Positions 20,324 through 29,805 of a DNA stretch of 64,000 nucleotides are shown one piece after another. The notes beneath the pieces were generated by a model. That model was not told the DNA's origin, searched no databases, and saw nothing but the letters and a program-made list of their open reading frames with translations. The translations under genes were made by a program, and so were the position numbers. Source of the DNA: an uncultured delta proteobacterium (GTDB lineage: Bacteria > Desulfobacterota > Syntrophia > Syntrophales > UBA2185); NCBI GenBank assembly GCA_963695875.1, contig CAVOID010000012.1, forward strand, positions 64,815 to 128,814, read 5' to 3'. The first letter of the stretch is position 1, and each line of letters starts with the position of its first letter.

Positions 20324-20354
20324 CAAACAGAATTTTTCAAAGGATTAAAAATTT

Positions 20355-20921
20355 CTAAAATCTCCGTCCCAGCTTCTTCGCCTTCTCCAAAAGGCTCTGA
20401 GGCATATGGGGGTTTCTCCTGGTATTCGGTTTCACAACTTGACCTACAAGCCTGTATCCCCCGTAACGGAGTATGGACCATACGGCGCTCGCTGCCCCCC
20501 GACTTCCTGCAGAGAAAAGATTAAAAGGCCACGGTGTACTGCAAGCGGTAACGATTATAGCAGGTTTGCCTTTCTGGCGGGGGAAGGGGACACCGCTTTG
20601 CTCTCCGAGGAATACCGGTACGTTTCGATCCATCAGAGTCTTCAACTGAGCGCTCATATTTCCCCAGTGCGTCGGCGTGCCGATTATAAGCCCATCAGCT
20701 TTTTTCATCTTCTGTCCCACAGAATGGGCATCATCATGAGGCAGGGCGCAGGCCTTATCGGGCCGGCACTTCATGCAGGCGATACAAGGTTTCATTTTCA
20801 TATCGTATACGTTGATCCACTCTACCTTATGTTTTTCGGATACACCTTCCTCGACTGCCCGGAGAAGTGTCGCGACCGTTCCCTTCTTTTGAGGACTGCC
20901 GTTAATTATGACTACGTTCAT
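20355..20921 (-). CDS. Flavodoxin-family / iron-sulfur flavoprotein
   Basis: INGSP..KG, CIACMKC...C...DD, IIGTPTHW..MSAQLK.LMDR. Confidence 0.88.
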   Translation of the reverse strand: MNVVIINGSPQKKGTVATLLRAVEEGVSEKHKVEWINVYDMKMKPCIACMKCRPDKACALPHDDAHSVGQKMKKADGLIIGTPTHWGNMSAQLKTLMDRNVPVFLGEQSGVPFPRQKGKPAIIVTACSTPWPFNLFSAGSRGAASAVWSILRYGGYRLVGQVVKPNTRRNPHMPQSLLEKAKKLGRRF

Positions 20922-20924
20922 GTT

Positions 20925-21992
20925 CTATTTAAGCAGCCCCCTTTCCTGGGCAATACGCATATATGTCTCTACCACATTGGCGGGGGGCGTATAACAATCC
21001 TTTTCATCTTTGCGGATAATATCGATGGCTTCACCACTGCAGGTAGTAACGCAGAGGCCACACCCTATACAGCGGTCGGGATCAACTTCGGCAACATCAT
21101 CCTGCATTTGAATGGCCTCCATCTGGCACCGTTCTGTACAGATTTCACAACCTATACAGTCTTCCTTGCGGATGCGGACATAATAATTTGAATGGACGAG
21201 GGAAGAAGGATGAGGGAGCCGCTTGAGGCTTTTCAGTATCTGGCAGCAATCCCCGCAGCAGAGGCACATACTGTGGATTTTCTGGGCATTTGTTGGTTGC
21301 AGCACCAGGCCCTCCGCTTCGGCGGTTTCCAGAATTTTCAAGGCCTCTTCTCGGCTTATCGATCTCCCGAGTTGGTTGCTTTCATAAAAGTAGGCGGCGC
21401 TGGAAAAGATCAGGCAAGCCTCGGCGAGCTTACCACAGCCTTCCCCGATCATGGCATGCTCTTTCCGGCATATACAAGGTGCAACAACAATCTTGCTCTG
21501 CTCTTCAATCAACTTACGTGCCTGTTCGTAGGGCATTACCGTTCCCTCACCTTCCAGGCTGGCCCCGATCGGTATGGTCCTCAGCTGGTGTGTCTTGAGC
21601 TTGACCGATGCATCGAGCAAATGCGGGATATATTCATTCATATCCCTGATAAGACCTTCATTCAGGTCATTGACATGGTACTCCCATATCCCGACGACAT
21701 ACTGCATTGCCATATAGCGCTGGCCTTCCGGCAGGTCGGCGCGAAAGATCAAACCCTTGCGGGACATTTGGTATAGCTTTTCTGCGAGTTCATCGGGCGG
21801 AAGATTGGCCCTTTTTGCGATTCTCTCCACAGGCTCCGGCATCAGGCGCAAATGGAGCGCCAGGGTGGCTTCATCTTCGGTGAACAATCGTTTAAGAATG
21901 CGAATCTCCACGCCGCTTTCCGTACGCGGGAAACCACCCGGGAGGTTATCTAAATGTGTGGCTAAACGTTCATAAACATCATTTTGCGTCAT
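20925..21992 (-). CDS. 4Fe-4S dicluster protein with N-terminal HTH-like region
   Basis: CICR, CLCCGDCC, CIGCEICTERC, CIGCGLCVTTC. Confidence 0.88.
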   Translation of the reverse strand: MTQNDVYERLATHLDNLPGGFPRTESGVEIRILKRLFTEDEATLALHLRLMPEPVERIAKRANLPPDELAEKLYQMSRKGLIFRADLPEGQRYMAMQYVVGIWEYHVNDLNEGLIRDMNEYIPHLLDASVKLKTHQLRTIPIGASLEGEGTVMPYEQARKLIEEQSKIVVAPCICRKEHAMIGEGCGKLAEACLIFSSAAYFYESNQLGRSISREEALKILETAEAEGLVLQPTNAQKIHSMCLCCGDCCQILKSLKRLPHPSSLVHSNYYVRIRKEDCIGCEICTERCQMEAIQMQDDVAEVDPDRCIGCGLCVTTCSGEAIDIIRKDEKDCYTPPANVVETYMRIAQERGLLK

Positions 21993-22008
21993 ATGTCCTA
22001 TACCTCTC

Positions 22009-22140
22009 CGTCATTCCTATGAAAAACTGTGCAGAGTCCACAATGATTCGTGCCAAAAGCGTGGCAATCCTCTGACTTCAGGCGGGATTGATTCGATAAT
22101 TCACTCCCTCGCATGATTGCACAGTCTTCACGGGATTGAC
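22009..22140. repeat. Composite nested REP-like palindrome
   Basis: Outer cgtcattcc/gggattgac; middle aactgtgca/tgcacagtc; inner gcaatcc/ggattga. Confidence 0.55.
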
Positions 22141-22153
22141 AAAAACATCATTT

Positions 22154-22182
22154 AAGCTAACTATTTTACCTATCAGCGTCAA
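22154..22182 (-). promoter_or_regulatory. Sigma-70-like promoter for the Fe-S/flavoprotein genes
   Basis: Minus strand TTGACG-N17-TAGCTT. Confidence 0.5.
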
Positions 22183-22227
22183 GGATTATTTGCTGGCTCT
22201 TTCGCAGAAAAGGCCGCGGAAACTGTG

Positions 22228-22929
22228 TTATTTAAGAAGTATATCCGCAAAGCGCTTCAGAGTTGCACCCGCTTCACCGATGGGAGGTGTATAGCGCCAG
22301 TTATTTGAATCCTCACCATCATGATTGATAATCCAATGTGTATAGTTCTCACCCATTCTAATCTCATCATAGGCCCTTGATGCGCGGATTTTCAGATCCT
22401 CCAAAACGTCAGGCGTAAGAAGTTTACCCTGCTGCTGCATGCGGCCGATGTGTTTGGGCAGCATAATGGCGGCTGTCGCTTCTTCAGGTGTTGCGAATCC
22501 CATGTTTTTTTGCAGGGCAATAATTTCATCCTCAGTAGCGGGACTGATAAAGACAGTAATTACGTCGAATTCAGCAGATGTCTTCTTTACGAGCTGATGA
22601 TTCAGAAATAATTTGCCGAGGGTGGGGTATATTTCAAAAATTATAAGATCATGATTGGTAAACAGGTTTTGTATTTCTTGAAGATCGATAGCCTGCCAGA
22701 TCGTGCGCGTCTGCCCTACGATGTAGCGATCCGGAGGAAAGGATCTGACTTCCTCCTCGGAACGAAAATAGTAGTCGATGCCTTCAGTTTCAATTGAGCG
22801 GGGGGCTCGACTGGTGTAAGGAATGGGCGTCTGAAAAGATATTCCGGGATAGACTCTCCTCACGGCTTTGATCAGAGGCGATTTTCCCACGCATGATGGA
22901 CCCGATAAAATAATGAGACGTTTTTTCAT
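22228..22929 (-). CDS. Guanylate-kinase-like P-loop protein (divergent)
   Basis: LIILSGPSCVGKS, YTSRAPRSIETEGIDYYF, VFISP, IINHD; the canonical YGT motif is absent. Confidence 0.8.
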   Translation of the reverse strand: MKKRLIILSGPSCVGKSPLIKAVRRVYPGISFQTPIPYTSRAPRSIETEGIDYYFRSEEEVRSFPPDRYIVGQTRTIWQAIDLQEIQNLFTNHDLIIFEIYPTLGKLFLNHQLVKKTSAEFDVITVFISPATEDEIIALQKNMGFATPEEATAAIMLPKHIGRMQQQGKLLTPDVLEDLKIRASRAYDEIRMGENYTHWIINHDGEDSNNWRYTPPIGEAGATLKRFADILLK

Positions 22930-23181
22930 ATTCACAACCTTAGGAGCTGTCACGGAATAACTATTACATTCATGCATCTCATCTTCAGGTCATCTTTGCC
23001 CGATCCTCAATCGCAAAATCCTCGAAATAGCGCTGCTATTCCTACGGTTTTGCTATTGAGGATCAGCCAAATCTGACCCAAATCTGAGCGCCTTAACGCA
23101 ACAGTTATTACGTGACAGCTCCTTGGAAAAAAAGCATTGTTAATATTTCTTTTATATATTAAATTTACTATCGTATTAATG

Positions 23182-23194
23182 TAACTTGTTGATT
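23182..23194 (-). promoter_or_regulatory. IHF consensus site in divergent promoter region
   Basis: Minus strand AATCAACAAGTTA matches WATCAANNNNTTR within an AT-rich tract. Confidence 0.45.
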
Positions 23195-23290
23195 TAAAAA
23201 GGGCACTTAGCACGGTACTATGCTGTTGTAAACAAAAAAAAGCAGAAGCAAACTACCGGCGGCTTACGGTTCACTGGATAAGGCAAGAGC

Positions 23291-24490
23291 ATGATTACGA
23301 TTAGCAGCTACTTACATCGGGCTGAATTGAGAGATATTATTAAGCGCTGGATGTATTCCGAAGCATATCCCTCCGATGCGGATTTAATTACCCGTCTGGT
23401 TCATTTCAACAATGTTTACGTTTCCCGCTACCTGAAAATATTTTCCGAAAAGGTTTTTCGGGAATTACACCAGACCGATTTATACTCCAGGCCTGCTTTC
23501 TTAAAGAGCGACCTGAAAGATATGATCGTCACCAATCCACCTTACCGGAATGCGCGGATTGATGAATTAATCAATGGCTATCGCGCTGATCCGGGACGTT
23601 ATTACCGGGAGACCCCATTCCATGCCACGCTATTCTTTGTTCGCCGCGGTGTGGTTGATGAGTATATAGGCTCCAAGAGAATAAAGCGCGTACACAGGTT
23701 GGCTGAGAAATCTGCCCGCAAGATTATTGATTGGATGTTCGATGCCATAAGGAGACATGCTGATTTACTCGCGGACGACCGCGCCCGGATGCTTGGTATC
23801 CCCCGACACCAACTTGTTACGCCTCAGGATGAAATGAACGAGGAATTCCAAAAGGCTGAGAACCGGTTGCTTGAAGATCTAAGACAAAAGAGGGAGATTC
23901 AAGATGCCGGAGATATGGTCATTAATGACGTGGCAGGGATGAAGGTGATTATTGAGGATTCAGAGCAGGAACGATTGTTTACCTTGCTTGAATATATGGA
24001 GGACTGCGAGATTGTTGAAAAACAAAGACACACCGGCAAGTACAATGCTACTAATCTGATTGTATCTTATAAACCGCCAGTCGAAGAGATACTTATTCAG
24101 CCTTTAAGCAAGAAGATCACCGACATCATGCAGATCCGGGGATTGAGCCCTGAGGAGTCAAATAGGGCGTTTTCCGAATTTGTACGTTCCGGTGAAGAAG
24201 ATATTCATATGGAAATTATTGTTTCCGATTATGAGGAAATGCTGGAGAGCGAAATCGGCCGCTGCATGCATGAGGATCGGATCATCGAGCAGCGCTTGCG
24301 CCAGCAATATCGCGGTCACCTGGCAAAGAATATTGAGTACATCATGGAATATTCGTTTACGTTTCCCTCTTCACCACAGATTCAACTGGGGGAATTACCG
24401 ATCAAGCTCTGGAACAGATATCTGCCTGATTACTTTGAAATGGTTCTGAAATGTCTTTTCCAGATCCCGGAGAGTAGTATATTGGAGTAA
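23291..24490 (+). CDS. Hypothetical protein with divergent RelA/SpoT-synthetase-like nucleotidyltransferase motifs
   Basis: Ordered motifs RIKR...AEK, INDVAGMKVII, GKYNATNLIV, HMEIIVS, ESEIGRCMH. The CDS itself is well supported (399-aa open frame); the functional call is less certain. Confidence 0.6.
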   Translation: MITISSYLHRAELRDIIKRWMYSEAYPSDADLITRLVHFNNVYVSRYLKIFSEKVFRELHQTDLYSRPAFLKSDLKDMIVTNPPYRNARIDELINGYRADPGRYYRETPFHATLFFVRRGVVDEYIGSKRIKRVHRLAEKSARKIIDWMFDAIRRHADLLADDRARMLGIPRHQLVTPQDEMNEEFQKAENRLLEDLRQKREIQDAGDMVINDVAGMKVIIEDSEQERLFTLLEYMEDCEIVEKQRHTGKYNATNLIVSYKPPVEEILIQPLSKKITDIMQIRGLSPEESNRAFSEFVRSGEEDIHMEIIVSDYEEMLESEIGRCMHEDRIIEQRLRQQYRGHLAKNIEYIMEYSFTFPSSPQIQLGELPIKLWNRYLPDYFEMVLKCLFQIPESSILE

Positions 24491-24492
24491 AC

Positions 24493-24661
24493 TGTCATTC
24501 CGGACCTGATAAGCCTACCCTGTATTTGATACAGAGGAATCGATCGCACCATTTGTCATCCCGGACTTGATCCGGGATCCAGTTCCTTTTTGTCATAGCT
24601 ACGAAAATAGATGTCACCCTGAGCTGTTAGCCATGAGCTTGCCGAAATGGTCGAAGGGTGA
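24493..24661. repeat. Cluster of REP-like palindromes (GTCATYCCGGAC.TGATCCGG and GTCACCCTGAGC...CGAAGGG types)
   Basis: Clean unit tgtcatcccggacttgatccgggatcc at 24554, plus interrupted copies at 24493 and 24612. Confidence 0.7.
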
Positions 24662-24677
24662 AAAGAGGATAGTTTGT

Positions 24678-24866
24678 ATGGCCTATTCGGACAAAAAAAG
24701 CTGCAAGGTCGGTGACAGGGAGATCCTTCACGGCGAATTCGCCTCCCTGTTTGACAAATGCGTCATTTGTAACGACGGAAGGCTCATAGAGAACTACGAC
24801 AATGTCTATGGCGGCATTGCAGGGGCTGGTACGGGTGGCGTCTGGGACGAAGACACGTTCTTTTGA
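24678..24866 (+). CDS. Small hypothetical protein (62 aa)
   Basis: RBS GAGGA; MAYSDKKSCKVG...CVICNDG; lies between repeat clusters. Confidence 0.45.
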   Translation: MAYSDKKSCKVGDREILHGEFASLFDKCVICNDGRLIENYDNVYGGIAGAGTGGVWDEDTFF

Positions 24867-24899
24867 GTAGGCCGAAGATGATGAAATGACGATCCACCT

Positions 24900-25130
24900 C
24901 GTCATTCCTACGAAAGTAGATTTACTCGCCCCCTTCTCTAAAGGGGGCCGGGGTGCTGTCCCCCGCTGGCGGGGGTTAGGGGGTGGTTCTTATATCATTA
25001 AAAATCCCTCTAGATCTCCCTTTACAAAAGGGAGGAGCCTAATGGAATCGAAATTTTTCACACCTTCGAAGCGCACCAAGGAGGATGATAGTTTCATGCG
25101 GAGGCAGGAATCCAGATATCTTGTGGATTT
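24900..25130. repeat. Second composite palindromic repeat cluster
   Basis: cgtcattcctacgaaagtag, ccccttctctaaagggg, cccccgctggcggggg, ctccctttacaaaagggag, gcaggaatccag. Confidence 0.6.
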
Positions 25131-25435
25131 TGTATTCTTCTATCAATAGTTTTTCTGCAGCACCCTGCTCAGAAACGCCTGCGTCCTTTCGACCTTCGGT
25201 TGTGTGAATATCTCCTCGGGTGGACATTAAATCAGAAATCTTGCACTTGCCTTTGAAATTATTTAAGTATGTAGAGATTCCTGTACTGTTGTTTTCTCAA
25301 ATTATTCGCAACATGCAACATTTAGATTAGCAATTTTTCTTTACTAAGGTCCGAAAAGATAACTGAATATTGAATAATGAAGTAAATAAGTGCAGAATAT
25401 TTGAACTTAAGAAAAACACTCTGGGAGTTAAACTG

Positions 25436-26275
25436 ATGAATTTCAGATTGCGCACGATGACTCTTGAGGACATTCCAGAAGCGATGCGGTTGAAAGACGC
25501 AGCTGGCTGGAACCAGACAACTACTGACTGGGCTCGCTTTCTTTCGGCCAGTCCGGAGGGATGCTTTGTGGCGGAGTATCGCGGCGATGTCATAGGTACA
25601 TCAGCGACAATCATCTACGAGGGCAGGTTTGCATGGATTGGTATGGTCATAGTTGACAAGCAATATCGAGGTCAGGGTATTGGAATCGCTCTGCTCGAAC
25701 GCGCAGTCCGCTTCCTTGATTCGCAAAGAGTTCCTACCATGAAGCTTGATGCCACACCGCAGGGCAAACCCCTTTACGAAAAATTTGGCTTCATAAGCGA
25801 GTACGACATCGAACGGTGGATGCTAAATCGCACAGTAAAAGAGCATGCAATGGAGAATGGGTCAATATCAATAGAAGACATTCTATTAATTGACCGGGAA
25901 ATATTCGGAGCTAATAGGAGCGGACTCCTTCGCTCTCTCGCTCAAGAGGCACCGCACCTCACTTTGGTAGATACGCAAGAGGGGAAAATCACCGGATACA
26001 GTTTCGGTCGGCTGGGTTCGCGTGCCGATCACATGGAGCCATGGGTTGCTCATAATGAAGACGTGGCGGAGAGGCTGCTGAATTCGTTTTTGCTCCGATC
26101 GTCAAGAGAACTTATATTTGTCGATTGCCTGCGGCTAAACCCCTGGTCAGTTCCGCTCGTTAAAGCTCGCGGCTTCGAATTCTCGCGCCCTTTGACCAGG
26201 ATGTTTCGTGGAGCAAACGAGCATGCTGGCCAAATAGAGTTGCTTTGCGCCTCCCTCGGCCCTGAGTTCGGATAA
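25436..26275 (+). CDS. GNAT N-acetyltransferase (YitH-like, two-domain)
   Basis: AWIGMVIV...RGQGIG, LDATPQGKPLYEKFGF, C-terminal GPEFG. Confidence 0.88.
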   Translation: MNFRLRTMTLEDIPEAMRLKDAAGWNQTTTDWARFLSASPEGCFVAEYRGDVIGTSATIIYEGRFAWIGMVIVDKQYRGQGIGIALLERAVRFLDSQRVPTMKLDATPQGKPLYEKFGFISEYDIERWMLNRTVKEHAMENGSISIEDILLIDREIFGANRSGLLRSLAQEAPHLTLVDTQEGKITGYSFGRLGSRADHMEPWVAHNEDVAERLLNSFLLRSSRELIFVDCLRLNPWSVPLVKARGFEFSRPLTRMFRGANEHAGQIELLCASLGPEFG

Positions 26276-26360
26276 GAAACAATGCCTGCCAGAGGGGACA
26301 CGGCTTTCTTTCCGTATTTCTTAGATCTTAAATAACCTTATAGCCTGGATTCCTGATCTA

Positions 26361-26457
26361 GGGACACTATACCAGTTCTTTCTTGACAGGGAAGTCTGAC
26401 ATCTCAGGAAGGGTGGCAGACCCAAAAAGGGTTGATAAAAACTAGTATGGTGTCACC
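26361..26457. mobile_element. MITE-like remnant with imperfect terminal inverted repeats
   Basis: gggacactataccagtt ... aactagtatggtgtcacc; the interior encodes RKGGRPKKG*, resembling a Y1 (RAYT-type) transposase C-terminus. Confidence 0.4.
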
Positions 26458-26741
26458 AGAATACGCCCCAAAATCAGTAATTTGATTTTTTGTTCAGTAC
26501 TTCCTGAAAGTCACAGACCGATGTCTTTGAAAAATCTTCAACATTACAAATCGCAATCATTGATATTACTCCCCAAAAATGAGATAGAGATAACCGGTTC
26601 TATGCGGGAATGGGGCCAACGGATACATGGTTGAAATCTTTTGGCACCTCCGGGAAACCAGGTGGCAAACGGAAAAAAGCAAATCTCAACCTGTAGTATC
26701 GGAAGAAATCGGTCTGCTCAACGCAATAGAAGGAGCACATC

Positions 26742-27284
26742 ATGGACAGCAAACAGGATCTTAAAGAAGAAATTGCCAGGGTTGCTAAAGAAATCTACGA
26801 ACACTGGGGAATCTCCGGCCTGGAAGTGGAAAATTGGCTTAAAGCCGAGCGAATTGTTCTGGAAAGACTATCAGTCATGGGTGATTTGCAAAAGGCTCTT
26901 CAAGATGCCAACAAGGCTATTGAGTTGGATCCTAAATCTTCAGTTGCCTATGTTGCTCGAGGGATTATTTATTCTGGGTTACGTCATTATCAGGAAGCTA
27001 TTGTAAATTACAATAAGGCTATTGAACTGGATGAAAGATCTATACAAGCCTATTCTGATCGTGGTTCTGTCTATGGACTGTTAGGCAATTACAAGAAATG
27101 TATAGAAGATACCAGCAAGGCAATTGAACTGGATCCTAAATATAATTATCCCTATTATAGCCGAGGATGGGCTTACAAGTTTCTTGGCGATGAAACTTCA
27201 GCAATTAGAGATTGGAAAATATCGGCAAAGTTAGGCTACAAAGAAGCACAAGAAATATTAAAAGAACGAGGGATTGAGTATTAG
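26742..27284 (+). CDS. DUF2934-like N-terminus fused to TPR repeats
   Basis: EEIARVAKEIYE..G....ENWLKAE; three KAIELD-type TPR units. Confidence 0.85.
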   Translation: MDSKQDLKEEIARVAKEIYEHWGISGLEVENWLKAERIVLERLSVMGDLQKALQDANKAIELDPKSSVAYVARGIIYSGLRHYQEAIVNYNKAIELDERSIQAYSDRGSVYGLLGNYKKCIEDTSKAIELDPKYNYPYYSRGWAYKFLGDETSAIRDWKISAKLGYKEAQEILKERGIEY

Positions 27285-27519
27285 ATTGTTTACTATAATT
27301 CGCTTAGATCCCTTATTAAGTACGAAAGAACACTTTGTTTAATTTCTTCCCATAACTGGATTTTGTTCTACTCAATTTCTTTCGTAATCTTCTCTTTTTA
27401 ATGATGGATTTTTCTAACACTTTGTAGGTGTATCGTTTATCTTGTTTATAAAAGGTTTAAGGCTTAGGCTGCTGGTTAGCCCTGAAAGGTTAAGAACGGG
27501 ATGACAAAGGGTGGGAAAG

Positions 27520-28696
27520 ATGGAGCAGAATGCCTCCAAGTCTATAGTCCGGGAAATCATGATTGAGTTTGCCAATCTGACCGGACTGTCACCGGCCAGG
27601 GAAGTGCCGCGGCGCTACTTATGGACGGATGCTTTTGCCGTCTGCAACTTCCTGGAGCTTTATCGTCAAACGAGTGACGAGCAATACAGGAAGCTCGCGC
27701 TTCACCTCGTCGATCAGGTTCATAACGTACTCGGACGGCACCGTGACGATGACCCGCGAACCGGCTGGATCAGCGGTCTCGACTGAAGAAGAGGGCAGAA
27801 TGCACCCCACAAAAGGCGGGTTAAGGATCGGCAAGGGAATGAACGAACGCAGACCCGATGATCCCTATGATGAACAGTTGGAATGGGATCGGGATGGACA
27901 GTACTATCATTACCTGACGAAATGGATGCACGCTCTCAATCGTGTAAGCCGGGTTACCGGAGATTCAATCTACAATAGATGGGCGATTGAGCTTGCGAAA
28001 ACGGTACATGCCAGGTTTACCTATGTTCCATCGTCCGGCGGTCAGAAACGCATGTACTGGAAAATGAGCATCGACCTCTCGTATCCGCTCGTACCATCGA
28101 TGGGGCATCACGATCCTCTCGACGGACTCATCACTTACCTCGAGCTTCAGGCGACGGCAGGAAAGGATTCCAGGAAATCCGCAGGGCTCGACCTCAGCGC
28201 AGAGATTGCAGACATGGCCAATATGTGTGAAGGGAAAAGCTGGGCAACGGATGACCCCCTTGGTCTTGGCGAGCTCTTGAGTACCGCATACAAACTGGCT
28301 CAATTGATAATGATCGAAGGTTCTGAACAGGCCGACCTTCTGGATGTTCTGGTGGCTTCTTCGCTGATCGGCCTGCAATCCTATGAAAGAAGGAATCCAT
28401 TGAAGCATCCTGCCGATTACCGTCTTGCATTTCGGGAGCTGGGATTGTCTATCGGATTACATGCAATTGAGAGATTGCCGGGACTGATTAAACAAATTCC
28501 AGGCGATTCCAACTTGAAACAGCGTCTACATGCGCGGACGGAAAGCCTGATGCGGTATACACCTCTTAGTGACATTATTGAGACGTTTTGGCTTCACGCC
28601 ACAAACAGACAAGCGGAAAGCTGGATGGCGCATCGTGATATAAACATGGTGATGCTGGCAACCAGTCTGGCCCCTGATGGGTATCTCTCCCTTTAA
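27520..28696 (+). CDS. Conserved hypothetical alpha-helical protein; apparent +1 frameshift at ~27784
   Basis: RRYLWTDAFAV...LVDQVH.VLGRHR joins GGLRIGK...RDGQYYHYLTKW...WKMSIDLS in the next frame. Confidence 0.75.
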
Positions 28697-28783
28697 TATG
28701 TTTGCGGCACTGCAGTTTCCCGTCTCCTAGCCCCGTAATCCTTACGATATGTAATATCACCTGCGCTTCTGAATGCCGCATGA

Positions 28784-29368
28784 TCAGACAAAGAATCGCC
28801 TCATTCGTTCCATCATCATCAACCTGAGAGAAGCACCGTTCAGCATCAAAAATGCTCTCATCATTTCTCTTGACGCATTTGATAGTCTCAGCTTTCGGCA
28901 GATCCCCGGCCATTTTGAGTCAGGGATTAAACGGACATCACAGTTGGGACAAAAACTTGCGTCATAAATCTCAAAAGATTTTTCATCCATCAGGAGTATC
29001 TCAATGATTCGGGTATGCTCATGATACGCAGCACAATCAGCGTCCGTACCGCCAAAGGAAAAAGGATAGAGGCGGCAAACATCGGGACGGAGGGGATGGT
29101 TATAGATCATGCATAGCCTTCGATCATCCAGGAATATGCAGGGCTCCGGCTTGCCTCGTAGTCTATTAAGGTAAGCCTCGGTATGATGGCTAATCAAATC
29201 TCCCGGCGGCCATTTCAAATACTGGGAGATGGTCACTAAATCTCCCGGAAGTACACTCGGGATGTAAGTCATGCAGCAAGTCCCGCATTTCCGGCAGATG
29301 AACGGAACAACAATGTCATTTCCAGGCAGCTCTATTTTTGTGAAGATCGCGTCTCTTGTGTTGATCAT
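28784..29368 (-). CDS. YkgJ-family cysteine-cluster protein
   Basis: FICRKCGTCC...CIFL...CMIY..PLRPDVCRLYPF. Confidence 0.85.
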   Translation of the reverse strand: MINTRDAIFTKIELPGNDIVVPFICRKCGTCCMTYIPSVLPGDLVTISQYLKWPPGDLISHHTEAYLNRLRGKPEPCIFLDDRRLCMIYNHPLRPDVCRLYPFSFGGTDADCAAYHEHTRIIEILLMDEKSFEIYDASFCPNCDVRLIPDSKWPGICRKLRLSNASREMMRAFLMLNGASLRLMMMERMRRFFV

Positions 29369-29805
29369 ATCTCTTCAGAAATTCATTAAAACATTTATGG
29401 CGATCCCTGATGCAATTCTTTTTATTTTGGCTGATCATAAATAAGAAAAATCGTACTTTTCTTACAGGTTCTTGCAGAACAGCCGGGTAGTATTTGATGA
29501 CGATATTGAGGAAAGAGATGAGATTGAACTGCAAGCGTGAGCTTAGAAAAATTAGTATATTTTAGTTTAAACGATTTTATTATAAACACAATACTAATTA
29601 TTCATAGGGATTTATTAGGATAATACTTGCATTTATAAAGCATTATTTAGGTAAGACCCGAAGTTTGTTTTTTTGATTAAGTAGCCTGAAAGTCAGAATG
29701 ACAAGATGGAAGTTTAATAATTAAAATGCATGACCGGCAAATATTTGATATATTGTTAATGAAAAATTAACTGCACCGGACGGCAGGCATTTCATAGCGG
29801 CTGAG

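Noticed and set aside
20406..21776. Long plus-strand ORFs (261 and 194 aa)
   Set aside because: They are antisense shadows of the flavodoxin and 4Fe-4S genes, with no recognisable motifs.
24886..25149. 87-aa ORF and the similar ORFs at 20242-20524
   Set aside because: They are translations of palindromic repeat DNA.
27784..27786. TGA as a selenocysteine codon
   Set aside because: The protein continues in a different frame, so this is a frameshift rather than read-through.
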